Origin: Octopus vulgaris
Taxonomy: Eukaryota
DNA: 64,000 nucleotides
Reading direction: 5' to 3'
Assembly (NCBI GenBank): GCA_951406725.2
Contig: OX597826.1
Span: 7,688,001-7,752,000 of the forward strand
This document shows positions 11,735 through 24,674 of the stretch, piece after piece; the stretch's first letter is position 1, and each line of letters opens with the position of its first letter. The position numbers and the translations under genes are program-made. Below the pieces are notes generated by a model. It saw nothing but the letters and a program-made list of their open reading frames with translations, ran no database searches and was not told the DNA's origin.

Positions 11735-12519
11735 TTGCTGTTGCTGTTGTTGTTATTGCTCTAGATGATGTTAGTTATCGTTTGTGTTGTTATTGTTGAT
11801 GTGTTTGTTGTTGTTGTTATAACAGTTAATATATTGCCTGGCAATTCTTCAGGTGTCTCTGAATTCTGTATCAAATTATTTCCATACATACTCACGTAAT
11901 ATGCATATACGCATACATACGACCTTACGTAGATACACCCACACGCACACATACACACACAAACATATATGTGTGCGTGTGCGTATGAGGGTTTCTACAT
12001 ACGTAGATACACACGCATGGTATATATTTACTCGACATAATATAATGAGATACATTTAAACGTCTACCTGTATAAAAACACTTTAAACTGTAGTAAAATA
12101 ACAAACGGTCTGTTTACATAAGGTTGCATTAAATTATGCTACTCCGAATCCTCTTATTCTTGCAGGAAAAATGTATTTTCCGGACTAGCTGTGTCAATGA
12201 TGGCGTAAAAATATAAACAGTAACAACAACAAGAAAAAGAAAACAGCAGAGAACAATAACCACAACACGAATATACTCATCTCCTTGTCTGTCCCTCACA
12301 ACTACTATACTTCATTTTATGGCTCTACCAAACGAATTACTTAGCAATGTAAACACTATTTCAATGGATCAGAAAATAACAGAGCCGATTTTTCAATGTT
12401 TTTCTCCATTTTTTTTGTTTTTTTTTGTTTTATTTTATTTTAATTTTTTTATTTTTTTGTTTGGTCTATGTTTTTACTATCAAAAATATTAATGTACATT
12501 GCACAGCAGAGCAGTGTAA

Positions 12520-12840
12520 CTATCGTCGCCGTCGTCGTCGTCGTGGTTGTAGCCGTTGTCATCGTTGTCTCTATCGCTGTCATCGTCCTCAACACCTTGA
12601 ATATTATCGCAGTTTTTATTATCGTCGACGTCGTCATCGTTATCGTCGTTGTTGCAGTCGTCGTCATAATTATCATCATCATCATCATCATTATTATCAT
12701 TATCATCTCCATTGATGTCTTACCCGTTCTCCTTCTCCTCTGGTTCGTTCTTATCATCATCTTCGACATTGTCGTCTTCATCATCATCACATTCAGCATT
12801 GTCATCGTCATCGTCGTTGTCGTGGTTATCATCATCATCA
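12520..12840. repeat. Degenerate (TCG/TCA/TTG)n trinucleotide tract
   Basis: Direct reading. Confidence 0.85.
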
Positions 12841-12863
12841 ACAGGGGTCACGTTCATCATTAT

Positions 12864-13857
12864 CAACAGGGGTCACGTTCCGCGGGTAAGGCGCTCCACC
12901 TGTTGTCAACAACCCCTGAATGGGGGCCTGAGTATACCGTGGTTCCTGATGCGTAGACATGCGCTTAGGCGGCCACATCTCTAGCGTTTCCTCGACGGTG
13001 AACAGGCGTGGCCGCCGTTTGTTAGACTCGTTCTCCCACAGCTCGACATTTGGACTGAGCTGCAATCCTGGATCACGCGTAGACCGACGAGGGGCCCTTG
13101 TCACCTTGAGTGCCATCAAGCGCTCACAGTCTTCTACCTGTCGGTGGTAGTTCCTCTCTAACGTTTTGTAGAGGGTTAGTGGAGGAAAAGTGCTACGACG
13201 TTTACGGGAAAACTGTGGGTATCGACGAGGATCAACTCCCCGGATAACTATCAGACAGGGGCCATTGGATAACCTCCTGAAATACCTTCCCTGGCACTGC
13301 TACTGTTAACTCTACAGGCACGGATGTGCCGTCAGCCGAGCCTGCCCGAGGTGGGCGCAGAGCGACGAAACTGTTCTGCACGCACTCGTCCAATGCCCGA
13401 TCATTGCTGACCTGTGGGTTTATGACGAACACCTGTTGTCGCCTGTGTGATGAAGCCGGCTAGATGTGGCATGGTGGACACGCTTGACAGGGCTAAAAAC
13501 AGACACTTTCCTCTTTGGCCAAGCCCTCATAAACTTCAAGTTTCATTTGAAAAAGAACGTGACGGTGGAGAAGGAAGCGTTGCCTTCTAGCAACATTGCT
13601 GAAAGGTAGGTGAATGTTGGAAAAGTTACCTGTGTGAAATGACACGTTTTGAGCATGCACCCGTGAAAAATAAAAGGGCATCCGTGGCTTTTGTGGGTTT
13701 TTTCCACGAGTAAACTTAAATCGCCTTTTCCTATTAGGAGCCTTATTTGTTTAACTATCATGTTATTTTTTGTTTACTTGCTTTAAAAACCCATTTGCAT
13801 CGTCCTGTTTTGTCTCTTCATACAACTTTATGTAAACCCTTTTTACCAATATAAGAA
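12864..13857 (+). mobile_element. Tx1/L1-clade LINE, 5'-truncated and decayed (ORF2 C-terminus plus 3' UTR)
   Basis: RGHVPRVRRSTCCQQPLNGGLSIPW (post-RT GGLG motif); zinc knuckle ACPRWAQSDETVLHALVQCP (Cys codons 13343-13345, 13394-13396); WWTRL segment; stops and deletions; ends at (TAT)n. Confidence 0.88.
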
Positions 13858-13895
13858 TTAATTATTATTATTATTATCATTATTATTATTATTAC

Positions 13896-13988
<93 letters not shown>

Positions 13989-14005
13989 CAGCAGCAGCAG
14001 CTGCA
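13858..14005. repeat. (ATT)n(AGT)n(AGC)n compound microsatellite
   Basis: Direct reading. Confidence 0.95.
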
Positions 14006-14009
14006 GGAG

Positions 14010-14230
14010 GATTGCAGCGAGCTGGCAGAACCGTTAGGACGTCGGATAAAAGATTGGGTACATTTCGTCCATCTTTACGTTCTGGGCTAAACATTCCGCC
14101 TTGGTCAAACTCGCTTTTCATCCTTTCGTGGTCGATACAATGGTAAATACCAGTTATTACTTGGGACGAGGTAATCGACATAACCGCCAGCCCTAGCATT
14201 TCAGGCCTTGTTCCTTTAGTCGAAAGAATT
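14010..14230 (+). mobile_element. Diverged S3 SINE
   Basis: GCGAGCTGGCAGAA head; CTTTTCATCCTTTCGTGGTCGATA core. Confidence 0.75.
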
Positions 14231-14284
14231 ATTGTTGTTGTTGTTGTATAGTCAACGCCATCAGCATCAGGATTAAGACTAACT

Positions 14285-14510
14285 CTCTTTTACTCTTTTA
14301 CTTGTTTCAGTCATTTTACTGTGGCCATGCTGGAGCACTGTTTTTAGTCGTACAAAATCGACCCCGGGACCTATTTTTGTAAGCCTAGTACTTATTCTAT
14401 CTCTCTCTTTTGCCGAACCGCTAAGTTACGGGGAACGTAAACACACCAGCATCGGTTGTCAAGCGATTTGGGTGGGACAAACACAGACACACAAACATAC
14501 ACACACACAT

Positions 14511-14557
<47 letters not shown>

Positions 14558-14722
14558 TGCAACGGGCATCTTTCAGTTTCCGTCTACCAAATCCACTCAC
14601 AAGGCTTTGGTCGTCCCAAAGTTATAGTAGAAGACGCTTGCCCAAGGTGCTACGCAGTGGGACTGTACTCGGAATCATGTGGTTGGTAAGCAAGCTACTT
14701 ACCGCACAGCCACTCCTACGCC
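14285..14722 (-). mobile_element. Full-length CORE-like tRNA SINE (family S2) with internal TA/TG microsatellite
   Basis: Minus strand GGCGTAGGAGTGGCTGTGCGGTAAG...CCTTGGGCAAG...GAAACAAGTAAAAGAGTAAAAGAG. Confidence 0.92.
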
Positions 14723-15104
14723 TAATCTCAACATTATTATTGTTGCATTTGTTACTATTGTACTTGCTGCAGTTGTAATTATTTAAAGATTCTCAGTAAT
14801 TTTATTGCAATTACCGATAGCGTCAGTGTCATTAGATGAAATTATAGACTTACAATTTACGTCGTGTTTTTTATTTACTTTCTGCCATTCCCTGTTAATT
14901 ATCTTTGCCATCTACACTTTTCTTTATTTTATACATATGATTATATATGCATATGCATATCCATATCGTCTAACTCACTTACATATGCACACACATACAC
15001 ACAGAGACAAACACACACAAAGGTACATGCATTATACGATTTTTATCCCAAAGGCTGTAATATGGAAAATTAACGTGTCACACTACATAAATGTGTATAC
15101 TAAT

Positions 15105-15227
15105 AAATATGTATGTGTATATGTGTGTGTGCGCGTGTATGCGTGTGCGTGTATGTATGTATGTATGTATGTATGTATGTATGCATGTATGTATGTATGT
15201 AAGAATATATGTTTGTATGTATGTGTG

Positions 15228-15259
<32 letters not shown>

Positions 15260-15352
15260 TATATGTATGTGTGTGCGATTGTATGTATGTATGTATGTAT
15301 GTATGTATGTGTGTATGTATGTAAGTATATGTGTATACAAACATATATATAC
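15105..15352. repeat. (GTAT)n/(GT)n microsatellite
   Basis: Direct reading. Confidence 0.9.
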
Positions 15353-15398
15353 GTAAGAGAAACGTAGAGGGTAACCGTTCAGCAAGACTAGACAAATA

Positions 15399-15808
15399 CT
15401 CTTTTACTCTTTTACTTGTTTCAGGCATTTGACTGCGGCCATGCTGGAGCACCGCCTTCAGTCGAACAAATCGACTCCAAGACTAATTCTTTGTAAGCCT
15501 ACTACTTATTCTATCATTCTCTTTTGCCGAACCGCTAGGTTACGGGGACGTAAACACACCACCATCGGTTGTCAAGCGATGTTGGGAGGGGGTGCAAACA
15601 CAGACATGCAAACATATACACACATAAATATTTATACATAATATATACGACGGGCTTCTTTCAGTTTCCGTCTACCAAATCCACTCACAAGTCTTTTGTC
15701 GACCCGAGGCTAAAGTAGAAGACACTTGCCTAAGGGGCCACGCAGTGCGAGTAAACCCAGAACCATGTGGTTGGTAAGCAAAATACTAACCACACAGCCA
15801 GTCCTACG
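15399..15808 (-). mobile_element. Full-length S2 SINE
   Basis: Colinear with 14285-14722 and 16995-17413. Confidence 0.92.
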
Positions 15809-15812
15809 TATG

Positions 15813-15858
<46 letters not shown>

Positions 15859-16433
15859 AACCAAATCTAACTGTGACCCGCATTTAGAACTTCATTGACT
15901 TTTCAAGTACTCACGTTGGAAATAGTCAACAGGTTTATCAAAATAATTATTCATGACAGAAGGAATGACCAAACTGTAATTTTATATCTATTTTAACTTG
16001 GATCCGCTTCCAAGAATGGACACACACACACGTACACACACTCATATACACTCACACATCTCCTCCCCCTACATATGTATATGTATGACAATTATAATTC
16101 TCCTTTCTGTTGAAACATTGCAAACAGCTGTTTGTATCAATTTTATATATACACATTAGCCAATTGGTAAATCATCCAATAATTTGAAGGACGAAAACAA
16201 ATACTAATGGCAAAGTGTGACCGAGAAGAGCTGAATAATCGATTCGTCACAAGATGTAAGGCAACGGAAACTGCCGAAACTGACGTGAGTATTAGGAATT
16301 CTCGACAACTATGGTCCTGGTTAGTGTATATCTCTTCATTCATGTTCGTCATCTACAGCATTAGAACGATTTAGCTCCCATTTCTAGCAATGTAGGTGTT
16401 TCCGAACACCCCAATCACATTTAGTGACATTTG

Positions 16434-16554
<121 letters not shown>

Positions 16555-16640
16555 CGGGAAGCTTTATGAAAATAAACAAAAGACGAAGGCAGGTGGAATA
16601 TAAACAAACAATTGTATTAGTATGGCGCTCAGGAATATAA
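16555..16640 (-). mobile_element. H-A-related tail fragment between (TA)n tracts
   Basis: AAACAAAAGACGAAGGCAGGTGG..TGTATTAGTATGGCGCTCAGGAA resembles 58146-58228. Confidence 0.7.
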
Positions 16641-16689
<49 letters not shown>

Positions 16690-16749
16690 TATTACGTTTA
16701 TATATTTGTTTTGCAAGATTCTTGATGTGAAATCGTGTTTTGAAACAGA

Positions 16750-16943
16750 TATTGTATTTAGTAATGGTCATGTAGTCAATTTAGCCGAAGTGTGATATAA
16801 GCGTGACGAAAGAACTCTGGCCGAAATAAGATAAAGTTTAATGTAAAAAAAAAAAAATAAAGCTGAAGCAAATTAACACCAAATATGTAGTGCGTGTGTT
16901 TTTATTGGCTAAACTGGCAACATGACCATTCCTAAATACAACA
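16750..16943. repeat. Fold-back element with ~37-bp imperfect inverted repeats
   Basis: 16750-16786 vs reverse complement of 16907-16943. Confidence 0.75.
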
Positions 16944-16994
16944 ATATATATATATGTGTGTGAATGTGTGTGAAAGTACGTGTATGAATGTATA

Positions 16995-17209
16995 CTCTTA
17001 CTCTTTTAATCTTTTACTTGTTTCAGTCATTTGACTGCGGTCATGCTGGAGCACCGCCTTTAGTCGAGCAAATCGACCCCGGGACTTATTCTTTGTAAGC
17101 CCAGTACTTATTCTATCGATCTCTTTTGCCGAACCGCTAAGTGACGGGGACGTAAACACACCAGCATCGGTTGTCAAGTAATGCTAGGGGGACAAACACA
17201 GACACACAA

Positions 17210-17242
<33 letters not shown>

Positions 17243-17413
17243 CATATATACGACAGGCTTCTTTCAGTTTCCGTCTACCAAATCCACTCAGAAGGCATTG
17301 GTCGGCCCGGGGCTATAGCAGAAGACACTTGCCCAAGATGCCACGCAGTGGGACTGAACCCGGAACCATGTGGTTGGTAAGCAAGCTACTTACCACACAG
17401 CCACTCCTGCGCC
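16995..17413 (-). mobile_element. Full-length, little-diverged S2 SINE
   Basis: Head GGCGCAGGAGTGGCTGTGTGGTAAG, box B-like GGGTTCAGTCCC, CORE-like CTTGGGCAAGTGTCTT. Confidence 0.93.
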
Positions 17414-18092
17414 TTGTGTTTTGTATGTTCATTTCCGTCATTTATCGCTGTCGTTGGATTTAGTGCATTTCTATAAAGATCAATTCCGAAAATGTTTGAT
17501 GGTAGAATACTGATGACGATGACGGTGATGGACGAAGATGGGGGTGGTTGGAATGACGTTGAAGTCGATGATGATAAACCAAATATTAATTCCACTACAA
17601 CAACCAGCCAAACAACAACAACAATAACACTCCTGTCACTGCGGCTATTGTTCCTACGGTTGCTGTTTTTTATAACAACGTTGATGAGTATTGCAACGAC
17701 AACATCAAGAAGAAGATAACACTAGAATTATTGGTAAAGTTAGAGAACATATTTTAGTGTTTTTAACGAGTTTTTAAACTTATTAAAAATAAATATGGTT
17801 TCTGATTTAGTTGCTGCGCTCAAAAGATATGATTATTCTCTTCAGAAATAAGAAAATTGCTTTCAGCAGTGCAAATATTAAATACATACATAATTATACG
17901 TTCGTACGTATACACACGCACGCGCATACACACACAGAAACATATACACATACACGCAGTTACATACACAAGCATACGCGTACACACACACACTCTAACA
18001 CCGTGTAATATCAGTCACGAGTAATGATTTTAATTGTGCATATTTGTATGTGTATACATGTGTGTGTATATGTATACATACATACATACATT

Positions 18093-18128
<36 letters not shown>

Positions 18129-18167
18129 TCAGACAGACAGGCAGACGGACAGACAGAGACAGATAAA

Positions 18168-18220
<53 letters not shown>

Positions 18221-18250
18221 TGAGACAGCAAATTGATTTCGAGCCTTACA

Positions 18251-18481
18251 TAATTCTTTATTACCCACAAGGGGCTAAACATAGAGGGGACAAACAAGGA
18301 CAGACAGATATATTAAGTCGATTACATCGACCCCAGTGCGAAAGTGGTACTTAATTTATCGACCCCGAAAGGATGAAAGGCAAAGTCGACCTCGGCGGAA
18401 TTTGAACTCACAACGTAACGGCAGCCGAAATACCGCTAAGCATTTCGCCCGACGTGCTGACGATTCTGCCAGGTCGCCGCC
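18251..18481 (-). mobile_element. Full-length S3 SINE (tail A)
   Basis: Near-identical to 5507-5741; GCCTTAC repeated at both ends. Confidence 0.92.
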
Positions 18482-18872
18482 TTACCGTTGCATGGTTGTT
18501 CTTTTTAAAGTAGCAGGGATGTGGCTATTGTGTCCTCTTAGTGATCTACAATCCTTTGTATTGATTTGATAATGATAAGCAACCCTTGGAGCAGTCTGAC
18601 ATTATTTCATCATGAAAATTTGCTTTGAGTGATTTACCTTTTTAACGCTACGATCCCCCACAGAATACATCGCATAATATATGTTACATATAAAGCAATA
18701 CCTGGGTCTGAACCGTTTTCAAGTTAGAAAGTGTATAGTACAAGGTCTATCCCGCTCTCTTAACAACCTGCGTATTGACCGAGAAAGAACCGGCCTACAT
18801 TATTAAATGCATATTGAAGTCGCAGATATTACATGAGAGTTTACTGGTTCCTAGAAAAATATGTAAGCAAAG

Positions 18873-19277
18873 TGGAGGCGCAATGGCCCAGTGGTTAGGG
18901 CAGCGGACTCGCGATCATAGGATCGCGGTTTCGATTCCCAGTCCGGGCGTTGTGAGTGTTTATTGAGCGAAAACACCTAAAACAAAAGCTCCACGAGGCT
19001 CCGGCAGGGGATGGTGGTGATCCCTGCTCTACTCTTTCACCACAACTTCCTCTCACTCTTACTTCCTGTTTCTGTTGTACCTGCATTTCAAGGGTCCGAC
19101 CTTGTCACTCTCTGTGTCACTCTCTGTGTCACGCTGAATATCCCCGAGAACTACGTTAAGGGTGCACGTGTCTGTGGAGTGCTCAGCCACTTACACGTTA
19201 ATTTCACTAGCAGGCTGTTCAGTTGATTCGGATCAACCGGAGCCCTCATCGTCGTAAACGACGGAGTGATTCCATCC
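18873..19277 (+). mobile_element. SINE S1 head with tail 4, 12-bp TSD
   Basis: TSD ATGTAAGCAAAG 18861-18872 / ATGTAAACAAAG 19278-19289; box A TGGCCCAGTGG, box B GGTTTCGATTCC. Confidence 0.92.
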
Positions 19278-19604
19278 ATGTAAACAAAGATTACGGTTTC
19301 TCACTGCCATCTGTCGGATGACAGTTGGTATTATTGAATTTCTCGTCTGTTTCACGGGTTTTGTTTATGTTCCCGAAAAGTGTCCAACGACAACTGGCCC
19401 ACTTACAAAGAAGGCATGGCAGAGTTGCCGGTTTAGTCGGCGAAAACCCAACCATTCGATGTGCTGTACTGAGATACATCAAAAGACATTTCTATGCACA
19501 TAGTCTTACACTTAATAGGACATACACAAGATATATTCAAGTGGTCCCAGCATGGCCACAGTCTAGTTACTGAAACAAGTAAAACATAAATAATAAAATA
19601 TATA

Positions 19605-19936
19605 CAGTTCTATATTGAAGAGATGAGGAATTATGTACATTATTTACATTATTTACATTTGACAGATATTTGTCCTCATATGGCGTAGTGGTTAAGAGTG
19701 CGGGCTACTTACCCCAAGATTCCGAGTTCGATTCCAGGCAATGAACTGAATAACAACAACACCAACAACAACAACAATAATAGTAATAATAATAATAATA
19801 ATAATAACATACAATAGGAATGGGAACTCAGGTTCGAAATTTTCCCAAAACACCTGATGAAGGCTGTGGGTTATATCAGCTGAAACGTTGTGTTAAGATG
19901 AGGACAAATATCCGTGAAATGTAAATAATGTAAATA
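19605..19936 (+). mobile_element. tRNA-headed, hammerhead-containing element (family H-B) with an inverted copy of its own 3' tail
   Basis: Inverted tail 19605-19679; tRNA-like head 19681-19740 (box A TGGCGTAGTGG, box B GAGTTCGATTCC); (AAC/AAT)n; hammerhead 19849-19894; tail 19898-19936 is a near reverse complement of 19641-19679. Confidence 0.85.
19849..19894 (+). ncRNA. Minimal type I hammerhead ribozyme motif
   Basis: Stem I AACAC/GTGTT, core CTGATGA plus extra A, stem II GGCTG/CAGCT, GAAAC-GTT; predicted cleavage after 19889. Confidence 0.8.
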
Positions 19937-20470
19937 AAAGATATATCTATTAATAGGGCGCCTTGTCTATGATTATATATATCTGAATATACACTTTTTA
20001 TACATATCCTAACAGGATACAGTTAGGAGTCTTTTCACTATATTCGTTGAGGCTGGGTTTTGATTGGTTTGGAACTATATGACGTCAGTGAACAGTGCTA
20101 GTGACCACAGCTTAGCTGACCTGATATAAATCCAACAATCACAACATTTACCACCAGACACCGACCAAAAATCATTACTGTTGCTCCCATTGGAACACAA
20201 GGTAAAATCTATAATGAACTCCTCGCCTTTTCAAGAACATGAATTTTTCATATTTGACTCTATTGAATGTATGTCACAATTATGAACTATTACATCATAC
20301 TCTTTAAACATATAGCATGGACTCTCCTTATTATATATAAAAAAAATTTTTGATAAGGTTCGTCATTTCAAGAACCGGAACAAGTTAAATTAAAATTTGT
20401 CTAATATAGCAGCATTTTCAAACTTCATTTTTTACAAATATATACCCACTCGTATACGAGCTAATCTTAT

Positions 20471-20517
<47 letters not shown>

Positions 20518-20934
20518 ATAATATTAGGGAGTAAATCCAAACTTACTAGGAAAAATTAGATTTAGGATTAAATCCAATTGTATAGTATAAATATATATAT
20601 ATATTATATTAAATTAGAGATAAGACCACTATTAGGCAAATCAAACAGTGAAAATCATAAACCAATACATAGAAATAAAATTAATTAATAAAAAATATAT
20701 AAAAAATATATAAAATTTAAAATTCAAAATTTTAAATATTTAAAATAAAGTTAAAATTTTAAAATGATTTAAATTGATAATTTATACTTATACATTTTTA
20801 AATATATATATATATATATTATTATTATTTATTCATTAAAAAAAATATATAACTATCAAAAAGTATTGAAAGTTTAATATAAGATATATATATATATATA
20901 TAAAGTTATATACATAGCTATTGAATTAAATGGA

Positions 20935-21235
20935 AGACCGCGAACATGCAGAATCATTAGCACCCCGGACAAAATGATGTGAGTTCATATTCCGCCGTGG
21001 TCGATTTTGCCTTTTATCATTTCATGATCGTTAGAATAGGTATCAATTGAATGCTGGGAGTCGATATAATCTACTTTCTCTTCCGCTAAAACTGTTGGCT
21101 TATGTCAAAATGTAAAACCATGTCAACCTCGACAGAATTTGAACTCAGAACGTAAAGATAGACGGAATATCGCTAAGCATGTCACCCGGCGGGATAACGA
21201 TTCCGCCAGCTCACCACCTGAAATTTAAAACCAAT
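20935..21235. mobile_element. Diverged S3 copy (plus) followed by an inverted S3 5' fragment
   Basis: GAGTTCATATTCCGCCGTGGTCGATTTTGCC, then GAATTTGAACTCAGAACG...GCCAGCTCACCACC. Confidence 0.7.
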
Positions 21236-21961
21236 ATTAAATTAAAGGGTTTTAAGTAGAGGACATACGGTGGACCAAATTCAGACCACGAGTAGTTAAC
21301 CAACATCCGAAGTCTCTAAGATTTATCTTAATAATTCTGATGCGCACTCTACCACCTTTTACTCATTTGTTTTTCTCTCTTCTCCCATTATTCTACCCTA
21401 TTGCTCTTTCGTTTTTCTCTCTTCATTTTACACCTTCTCCCCCTCCTGTTTTTTCTAACTTCTCCTATCTCCAATTTTTCCCACCCCTTCAGAGTTCTAT
21501 GTCTGTCACGATCTCTCTCCATCACTATTCCTCCCTTTCTCACGTGGCTCCCACGTGACCATCGACCATCTTTATTCTCCCAAATTGTGTTTTTCTCTTT
21601 CTCTCCGTTATAGCTGGATCAAGGAAGACTCTTTTCCAAGCTTGATTTAAGCTTTCGCCACTACAAACTCGTTTAGGCTTAGCCGCCCTTCCTGTTTGTT
21701 TTCACTGTCCTGTTTGTGTTACCAATTTTGACCCTTCGCAAAATACCAAATTTTATTTGATTTTCTTTGCGGGTGCAACTGCTTTATCGAAAGAGTATCT
21801 TCTTGTTAAATGCTCGAAATATGAGAATAGAAGAACAGCCAACAACTGATGAAGGGTCGTTTTTGGTGTTGCTTTCTTGTTTTCTATTTGTTTTCGACAA
21901 CATAGTTCATATTCCAGGTATTTTTCGTAGTACACCATTCGTGACGCCCTGTGCCCACATA

Positions 21962-22022
<61 letters not shown>

Positions 22023-22711
22023 AGGTGTACAGATGTAAGTATGTACATATACGCATGTATATATGCATATATACATATTATTTATATTATATATATATAT
22101 GTAAATAAATAAATATATATATATATACATATACATACAAACACACAATTGGCATAGGATTTCCATAAGTTGTTTCGCTACCGAGAAAGCAGTTATGGAA
22201 TTTACGTATAAAAATAACCCCAAGGTGCTTCTGAAAATCCTGTAAACTCAACGGTGAAGAATGTATAAAATATAATTAAATTCAGAATAGAGAGATAAAA
22301 AAAAAATTCTTGCATATGTTTAGTGCTACAGGTAATTTTTATATTCGTGTACGATGCTTTAGCAGCAATGACGTAACAGAAATCAGACAAGGAAACAACT
22401 GTAACCATATGGAATAAATATTTTTATCTCTCATACTGCGCTTGATTCATACGTCTATAATCTCTTCTGAATTTTTAATGAGGATATATTTAGCGCTATA
22501 GTTTTAAATTGTAAGCCGCATTGTGATATGTAAACATGTGACTTCTCGTCGCCAGAAAGAAATTGTGTTTTGTCCACCTTGGTTTATTCTCCAGGGTTTT
22601 ATTTAATATAAACAGCTATAAGCTACTATCGCTACGCTGGATTATATTTGTAGTATTGTTTTTCTGGCGAATCTTCAAATATAAATGAGCATTCCAGACA
22701 AACACTGTATT

Positions 22712-22724
<13 letters not shown>

Positions 22725-22758
<34 letters not shown>

Positions 22759-22769
22759 GTCTGTGTTTG

Positions 22770-22825
<56 letters not shown>

Positions 22826-22942
22826 CATATATATATATATATATGTATATGCATATGTATATATATGTATATATATATATATACATATATATATACATAT
22901 ATATATACACATATATATATATATGTATATATATATTTATAC

Positions 22943-22991
<49 letters not shown>

Positions 22992-23115
22992 TATGTATAT
23001 ATATACATTTATGCATATATATATATATGTCTGTGTATGTATGTATGTATGTATGTAGGTATGTGTGTATGTATGAACGTATGTATGTATGTATGTGTGT
23101 GTGTGTGTGTATGTA
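22725..23115. repeat. Compound (TA)/(TG)/(TATG) microsatellite
   Basis: Direct reading. Confidence 0.95.
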
Positions 23116-23342
23116 TAAGCCCACGGATAGAAACAAGCGTTTGTTTACATCTGTTCATTTGTTTACATATCACAGTTTGTTACGATAAAATAAATTGTAT
23201 ATACACCCACATGAATATTTCAGATTAAACATTACACTGCATATTGAGCACAATTAGCATAGACACACGGATACACGCAGGCGCGTATACACACATAGGA
23301 GTATGTATACATACATGCATATATATATATATATAAACGTAT

Positions 23343-23432
<90 letters not shown>

Positions 23433-23640
23433 GCGAGAATGAAGCAACAAGAATGGATAGGTTTTTAGTACAATCGTTTCATACAAGGACAGGTTTTATT
23501 AAAAGTTGCAAAATTACAGCATATAAACGTGTCCCGTACTCCCGTTTATATGCTGTAATTTTTGCAACTTTTAATAAAACCTGTCCTTGTATGAAACGAT
23601 TGTACTAAAAACCTATCCATTCTTGTTGCTTCATTCTCGC
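23433..23640. repeat. Near-perfect 97-bp inverted repeat with 13-nt loop
   Basis: 23433-23529 is the reverse complement of 23543-23640 apart from a 1-nt indel. Confidence 0.95.
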
Positions 23641-23760
23641 TTATAATCACCCCACATTACTGTATTGTTAAATCAGTATAGTTTTTTTTGGTGCATCTAA
23701 GTTAGGTACCATATTCAAGTAAATTCATTTAAATTAACTTGAAATGCTATTATTATATTT

Positions 23761-23816
<56 letters not shown>

Positions 23817-23989
23817 GCATACATATATACACATTTATATGTATACATACATATACTTAAATGCATACATTTGTGCTATTTATATATTTACACAAATACG
23901 GCTACACACATGCACACACACACTCGCACAAACGTTTGTATCTATATAACAATACTTGTATACATACATCTATATTTGTGTATATACGG

Positions 23990-24183
23990 AGACGTCAGCA
24001 CGCCGGGCGAAATGCTTAGTGGTATTTCGTCTGTTTTCTACGCTCTGATTTCAAATTCCCCGGAGGTCGACTTTGCCTTTCATCCTTTCGGGGTCTATAG
24101 ATTAAGTACCAGTTGCGTTCTGCGTTCGATCTAATCGACTGGCCCCTTCCCCAAAATTTCGGACCTTGTGCCTAGAGTAGAAA
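23990..24183 (+). mobile_element. S3 SINE, tail B
   Basis: GCACGCCGGGCGAAATGCTTAG...GACTTTGCCTTTCATCCTTTCGGGGTC. Confidence 0.85.
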
Positions 24184-24244
24184 TATATATATATATATAT
24201 ATTTATATACATATATATGTGTGTGTGAATGTGTATATATAGAC

Positions 24245-24291
<47 letters not shown>

Positions 24292-24319
24292 CATACACAT
24301 ACATACACATACACATATA

Positions 24320-24325
24320 TAGATG

Positions 24326-24420
<95 letters not shown>

Positions 24421-24467
24421 GGATGGATGGATGGATGGATGGATGGATGGATGGATGGATGGATGGA
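24320..24467. repeat. (GATA)n(GGAT)n microsatellite
   Basis: Direct reading. Confidence 0.95.
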
Positions 24468-24479
24468 TATTTTATTTGT

Positions 24480-24630
24480 AAACCTCAATAATTTTTCGAA
24501 CAACCTTTAAAACTTATATAGTTGACATTTAGTGCACGTTGATCGATCACGGTGTACACAAAGACGATGAAAATAGCTAATTTTTATTTAAATTTTCTTT
24601 CGAACGTATATACACGAGACTATACGGAAA

Positions 24631-24631
<1 letters not shown>
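24480..24631 (+). repeat. Copy 1 of a ~150-bp dispersed direct repeat
   Basis: Colinear with 26297-26448; shares ACAAAGACGATGAAAATAGCTAAT exactly. Confidence 0.85.

Positions 24632-24674
<43 letters not shown>

Noticed and set aside
19681-19740. tRNA gene call for this or other tRNA-like heads
   Set aside because: No complete acceptor stem or T-run terminator; these are SINE promoter heads.
21240-21960. Possible Penelope ORF end/pLTR (pyrimidine-rich, CTGATGA at ~21846)
   Set aside because: No pairable hammerhead and no convincing GIY-YIG translation.
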